50,859 nt of DNA. Origin: Bacteroidales bacterium (GTDB lineage: Bacteria > Bacteroidota > Bacteroidia > Bacteroidales > UBA7960). The translations under genes were made by a program, and so were the position numbers. Positions 47,546 to 50,859 of the stretch are shown in pieces. The stretch is from positions 16,064 to 66,922 of the forward strand of contig JBHEOF010000004.1 in NCBI GenBank assembly GCA_046261715.1, given 5' to 3'. Within the stretch, counting starts at the first letter, position 1. Each line of letters starts with the position of its first letter. The notes under the pieces are model-generated. The model saw nothing but the letters and a program-made list of their open reading frames with translations. It had not been told where the DNA came from and made no database searches.

Positions 47546-49849
47546 TTATAATTGTTTTTTGCCTAATTTGATCATTGCATAAATACCAAGCGCTGCAATG
47601 GAAATAACTGTAATTTCTCCTAATGTATCCAATGCCCTGAAATCTACAAGAATAACATTTACTATATTCCGGCCGTAGGCCAGTGAATAACTTGCTTCTT
47701 TAAAGTATTCTGAAATAGGTGTTTCAAGGCTGGTTGTACCTGCCTGCATAACAAGAACCATAAAGAATGTTCCTACAATGGTTGCTACCAGTCCGTCACG
47801 CATTCTTGCCCCTGTTGAAGAAAAATTCTTATATTTTGGTAAATGATATACTACTGCCATAGCCAGAATCACCATAAGTGTTTCTACCATGATCATAGTA
47901 ATGGCAAGATCAACACCACTGTAGGCTATGAAAATAATAGTTATACCAAATCCTATTACACCCATAGAAATAAGCGCCACTACCCTTGAACCGGAAAGGG
48001 CTGATGAAAGAGCGGCTGCAATAATGAGAATAACCACAGCAACTAAATTCAGCGGCATTTCAGAAAAATTAAGCTCTAAAATAATCGGATCGGCACGCCA
48101 TATCATCACCCAAACAAGTACCGAGGAGATCACGAATAAAGTCATCAGATAAAACCTATGATACCCATGTTGCAAAGTTTTTGTTTTCAGTTTGGTGAAA
48201 ATCAGAAATGAATCGATCATACTGAAAAACAAACGTGTAAATTCTCTCCTGAAATATTTGATATTTATCCGGTCAATGGCCGGTAATATAACATGCTGAT
48301 AACGAAAAACAAGGTATCCTGATAACAGGGTTAAAACACTTAAACCCAATACCAGATTAAACCCATGCCATAGTTTGAGCGCGATTGCATCATTACCCGG
48401 ACTAATAGCCGTAATTGCTTTGGAAGTAAGAGGATTAGCCATGGTTGACGGAAACAAACCCAATACAAAACTTATCAGAACAAGGAAAAATGGCCCCAAA
48501 ACCAGAGCCAGATTGGGTTCGGCCGGTGTTTTGGAGTATGAAGGCTCTTTACTCCAGAAAATGCCAATAGCAAGTCTTAGTGATAAAAAAACCAGAATTA
48601 CATTGGTAAGAAATCCAAGTGTAAGTATAAAAGGATATGCTTTTGGCGCTGCAGCACTGGCTTCATAAATCAACTCTTTGCCCAAAAACCCCAACATGGG
48701 AGGTACACCTGCCATTGATACCAATGCCATTGACATGATTATAGCAGCAAAAGGCATATATTTAAATAAACCACCCAATTGGGTAAGATCGCGCGTACCT
48801 GTCTTTTTCTCAATATTACCGGCCATCATAAACAAAGTACCTTTGTAAAGAGCATGGACCAGTAAAAAGATAATGGCAGCATTTATAGCATACTCAGTTC
48901 CGGTGCCAATTAGCAGAACAAGTGTACCTAACGCACTTACCGTAGTATAAGCTAATATCCTTTTCAAATCAACCTGCGTAGTACTAAGCCAGGCACCTGT
49001 GAACATGGTAGTAACTCCTACAATGGTTAAAGTATAGCTCCAGATTTCAGTTCCACCCAAAACAGGATTGAGGCGTGCCAGCAAAAATACACCTGCCTTT
49101 ACCATGGTAGCTGAGTGAAGATAAGCACTAACAGGTGAAGGTGCTGTCATAGCACCCGGCAACCAGAAATGGAAAGGAAACTGCGCCGATTTTGTAAATG
49201 CACCCATGGCAATAAGAATAAAAGCAGGCAGATAAAGACTACTGTTTTTTATGATATCCGGATTGGAAAGTATAAAGGCCAGATCGTAGGTCTCATAAGG
49301 AATAGCAAGTAAAACAAACCCACCCAGTAAAGCAAGTCCGCCAAATCCTGTTATTAAAAGAGCCTGTAAAGCAGATGCACGTGCTTCGGGTTTTTCATGA
49401 TGATAACCTATGAGCAGATAGGAACTGACACTGGTTAACTCCCAAAACACAAACATGGTTATAAGATTGCCGGAAACCACAATCCCTTGCATTGCAGTCA
49501 TAAATATGAGAAGATATCCCAGAAATCTGCCTTTCATAGGATAAGGACGCATATAGTATCCGGCATACACCAGAATAAATGTACCTATTCCCAGTACCAG
49601 CAGGCTGAATAAAATACTAAAACCATCAACATAAAAACTGAAATCAATTCCCAATGCAGGAAGCCATTGATACGTCTCTGTTATTATAACACCTTTATTT
49701 ATATCAGGTAACAAGCTCAGGTAATAAAGAAAGCCGGCAAAGGGCCATATTGCATAGATCCAACCTGCCTGATTCTTCAGATATCTTCTAATAAAAGGTG
49801 CTACAGCAGCAACACCTGTAAGCACAATCAGAAATAATCCTGTTGTCAT
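47546..49849 (-). CDS. mrpA: Mrp antiporter subunit A
   Basis: FWELTSVSSYLLIG, TKSAQFPFHFWLP, SAYLHSATMVKAG and NIVNVILVDFRALDTLGE. Confidence 0.97.
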   Translation of the reverse strand: MTTGLFLIVLTGVAAVAPFIRRYLKNQAGWIYAIWPFAGFLYYLSLLPDINKGVIITETYQWLPALGIDFSFYVDGFSILFSLLVLGIGTFILVYAGYYMRPYPMKGRFLGYLLIFMTAMQGIVVSGNLITMFVFWELTSVSSYLLIGYHHEKPEARASALQALLITGFGGLALLGGFVLLAIPYETYDLAFILSNPDIIKNSSLYLPAFILIAMGAFTKSAQFPFHFWLPGAMTAPSPVSAYLHSATMVKAGVFLLARLNPVLGGTEIWSYTLTIVGVTTMFTGAWLSTTQVDLKRILAYTTVSALGTLVLLIGTGTEYAINAAIIFLLVHALYKGTLFMMAGNIEKKTGTRDLTQLGGLFKYMPFAAIIMSMALVSMAGVPPMLGFLGKELIYEASAAAPKAYPFILTLGFLTNVILVFLSLRLAIGIFWSKEPSYSKTPAEPNLALVLGPFFLVLISFVLGLFPSTMANPLTSKAITAISPGNDAIALKLWHGFNLVLGLSVLTLLSGYLVFRYQHVILPAIDRINIKYFRREFTRLFFSMIDSFLIFTKLKTKTLQHGYHRFYLMTLFVISSVLVWVMIWRADPIILELNFSEMPLNLVAVVILIIAAALSSALSGSRVVALISMGVIGFGITIIFIAYSGVDLAITMIMVETLMVILAMAVVYHLPKYKNFSSTGARMRDGLVATIVGTFFMVLVMQAGTTSLETPISEYFKEASYSLAYGRNIVNVILVDFRALDTLGEITVISIAALGIYAMIKLGKKQL

Positions 49850-49982
49850 GAGTTAGTAGTTTTACATCAAAAACCGGGTAACCCCGTATTATCTTACGAT
49901 TGCTATAATTAGACAAAAATTGGTGTAAAGAACACCGATTCCCATAAATTTTTTGTGAAATTACAAAAAATGTTGATTAGTT

Positions 49983-50012
49983 AAAGTTGAGATTAAGGTT
50001 AAGGTTGAGTTT
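49983..50012. repeat. Hexamer tandem repeat (RAGRTT)5, inverse of the array at 11544
   Basis: aaagtt gagatt aaggtt aaggtt gagttt. Confidence 0.7.
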
Positions 50013-50095
50013 AAATTATTATAGGCTGATGTAAGTAATAATAGAATAATACGATCAATTATTCAAGCCATTTTGACGTACAAGCAGGCCTTAAG

Positions 50096-50157
50096 TGACA
50101 CACTGACAGGTATTTGCTGTCAATTTGTTCGATTCTTAAAATGGCATTTTGTTTGAT
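50096..50157 (+). promoter_or_regulatory. Sigma54-like -24/-12 box with upstream TGACA repeats (hsp20)
   Basis: TGGCA-TTTTGT-TTGAT at 50142-50157 (GA in place of GC); TGACA at 50096, and TGACAG-N7-CTGTCA at 50104-50122. Confidence 0.5.
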
Positions 50158-50234
50158 TTGTAAAAAACAGAAAAAAGAATTTTAAATTAAGATAGAGAAT
50201 ATTATTGTTTAACTAAAAAAAGGAGGATTGTGTT

Positions 50235-50669
50235 ATGTTACCAACAGTAAGAAGCCGCTTTAACATGCCAAGCTTTTTTGAGGATTTCTTTGGTAAAGAT
50301 CTTATTCCGGATCTTTTTGAAGATCGTGCCAACATGAGTATTCCAGCAGTAAATGTTCTAGAGGATGCTGACAATTTCAAAATTGAACTGGCCGCTCCGG
50401 GACTTGACAAAAAAGATTTCAATATTGATCTTGAAAATAATGTGCTTACCATTTCATCTGAAAAAGAATACAAACATGAAGATGAAAAAGAAGGTAAGTT
50501 TATGCGCAGGGAGTTTGCCTATGCAAGTTTCAAGAGATCATTTACTTTGCCGGAAAGTGTTGATGCCGAAAAGATCAAAGCCAACTACAAAGAAGGCTTG
50601 CTGCGCATTAGCATCCCAAAACGGGAAGAAGCAAAACAAAAGCCGCCCAAACAAATTAGTATTTCATAA
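50235..50669 (+). CDS. Small heat-shock protein, Hsp20/alpha-crystallin family
   Basis: PAVNVLE, IELAAPGL, RREFAYASFKRSFTLP, ANYKEGLLRISIPK and a C-terminal IxI motif. Confidence 0.96.
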   Translation: MLPTVRSRFNMPSFFEDFFGKDLIPDLFEDRANMSIPAVNVLEDADNFKIELAAPGLDKKDFNIDLENNVLTISSEKEYKHEDEKEGKFMRREFAYASFKRSFTLPESVDAEKIKANYKEGLLRISIPKREEAKQKPPKQISIS

Positions 50670-50688
50670 TCATGCGGCAAGAAAAATT

Positions 50689-50714
50689 AAAGGGACCCGT
50701 TGGTCCCTTTTTTT
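50689..50714. terminator. Likely bidirectional intrinsic terminator between hsp20 and the OmpA-family gene
   Basis: AAAGGGACC-cgtt-GGTCCCTTT with a T-run on the right and an A-rich left flank. Confidence 0.85.
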
Positions 50715-50859
50715 ATTTTTCAATAATCTCAAATTCGGTGCGCCGGTTCATTTGACGGCCCTCGGCTGTTTCGTTGGTAGCAATGGGCCGTTCAAAACCA
50801 TACCCTTTGTAGGTAAGCCTTTCACTGTCAATTCCCCTTTCAAGGAGAAAATCAACTAC
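50713..50859 (-). CDS. 3' end of an OmpA-family (peptidoglycan-binding domain) protein, truncated by the window edge
   Basis: My translation of the minus strand: VVDFLLERGIDSERLTYKGYGFERPIATNETAEGRQMNRRTEFEIIEK*. It is not in the ORF track. Confidence 0.9.
   Translation of the reverse strand, partial: VVDFLLERGIDSERLTYKGYGFERPIATNETAEGRQMNRRTEFEIIEK

Overview
AT-rich chromosomal window from a Bacteroidota genome, most likely Bacteroidales. The evidence is TAnnTTTG -7 promoter boxes, the short Bacteroidota-type RpoD, and DUF5606/DUF2279/DUF2764-type genes. The first ~20 kb is housekeeping: pyrG, yidC, purB, an MsbA-like exporter, pyrD, a PDZ aspartyl protease, a CpdB-like nucleotidase, rpoD, degP, dapF-GNAT-mltG and a phosphohexomutase. 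From ~20.3 kb to 50 kb the window is dominated by salt, osmotic and pH homeostasis genes, which suggests a halophilic or haloalkaliphilic lifestyle (inference). These are a type II P-type ATPase, a divergent compatible-solute uptake locus, an MgtC/DUF4010 membrane protein, a V/A-type ATPase with an intact Na+-binding c-ring motif, and a 7-gene Mrp antiporter, followed by hsp20 and the 3' end of an OmpA-family gene. The best candidate for an undescribed system is the uptake locus: BCCT + USP + binding protein on one strand, and an uncharacterised outer-membrane beta-barrel + OpuA-type ABC transporter on the other. Non-coding highlights are a nested inverted-repeat/MITE-like element, short-period tandem repeats inside operons, several candidate structured RNAs, and a sigma54-like promoter plus a strong Shine-Dalgarno at hsp20. 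No rRNA, tRNA, CRISPR array, transposase or phage gene was recognised. All calls come from reading the sequence; no searches were run.
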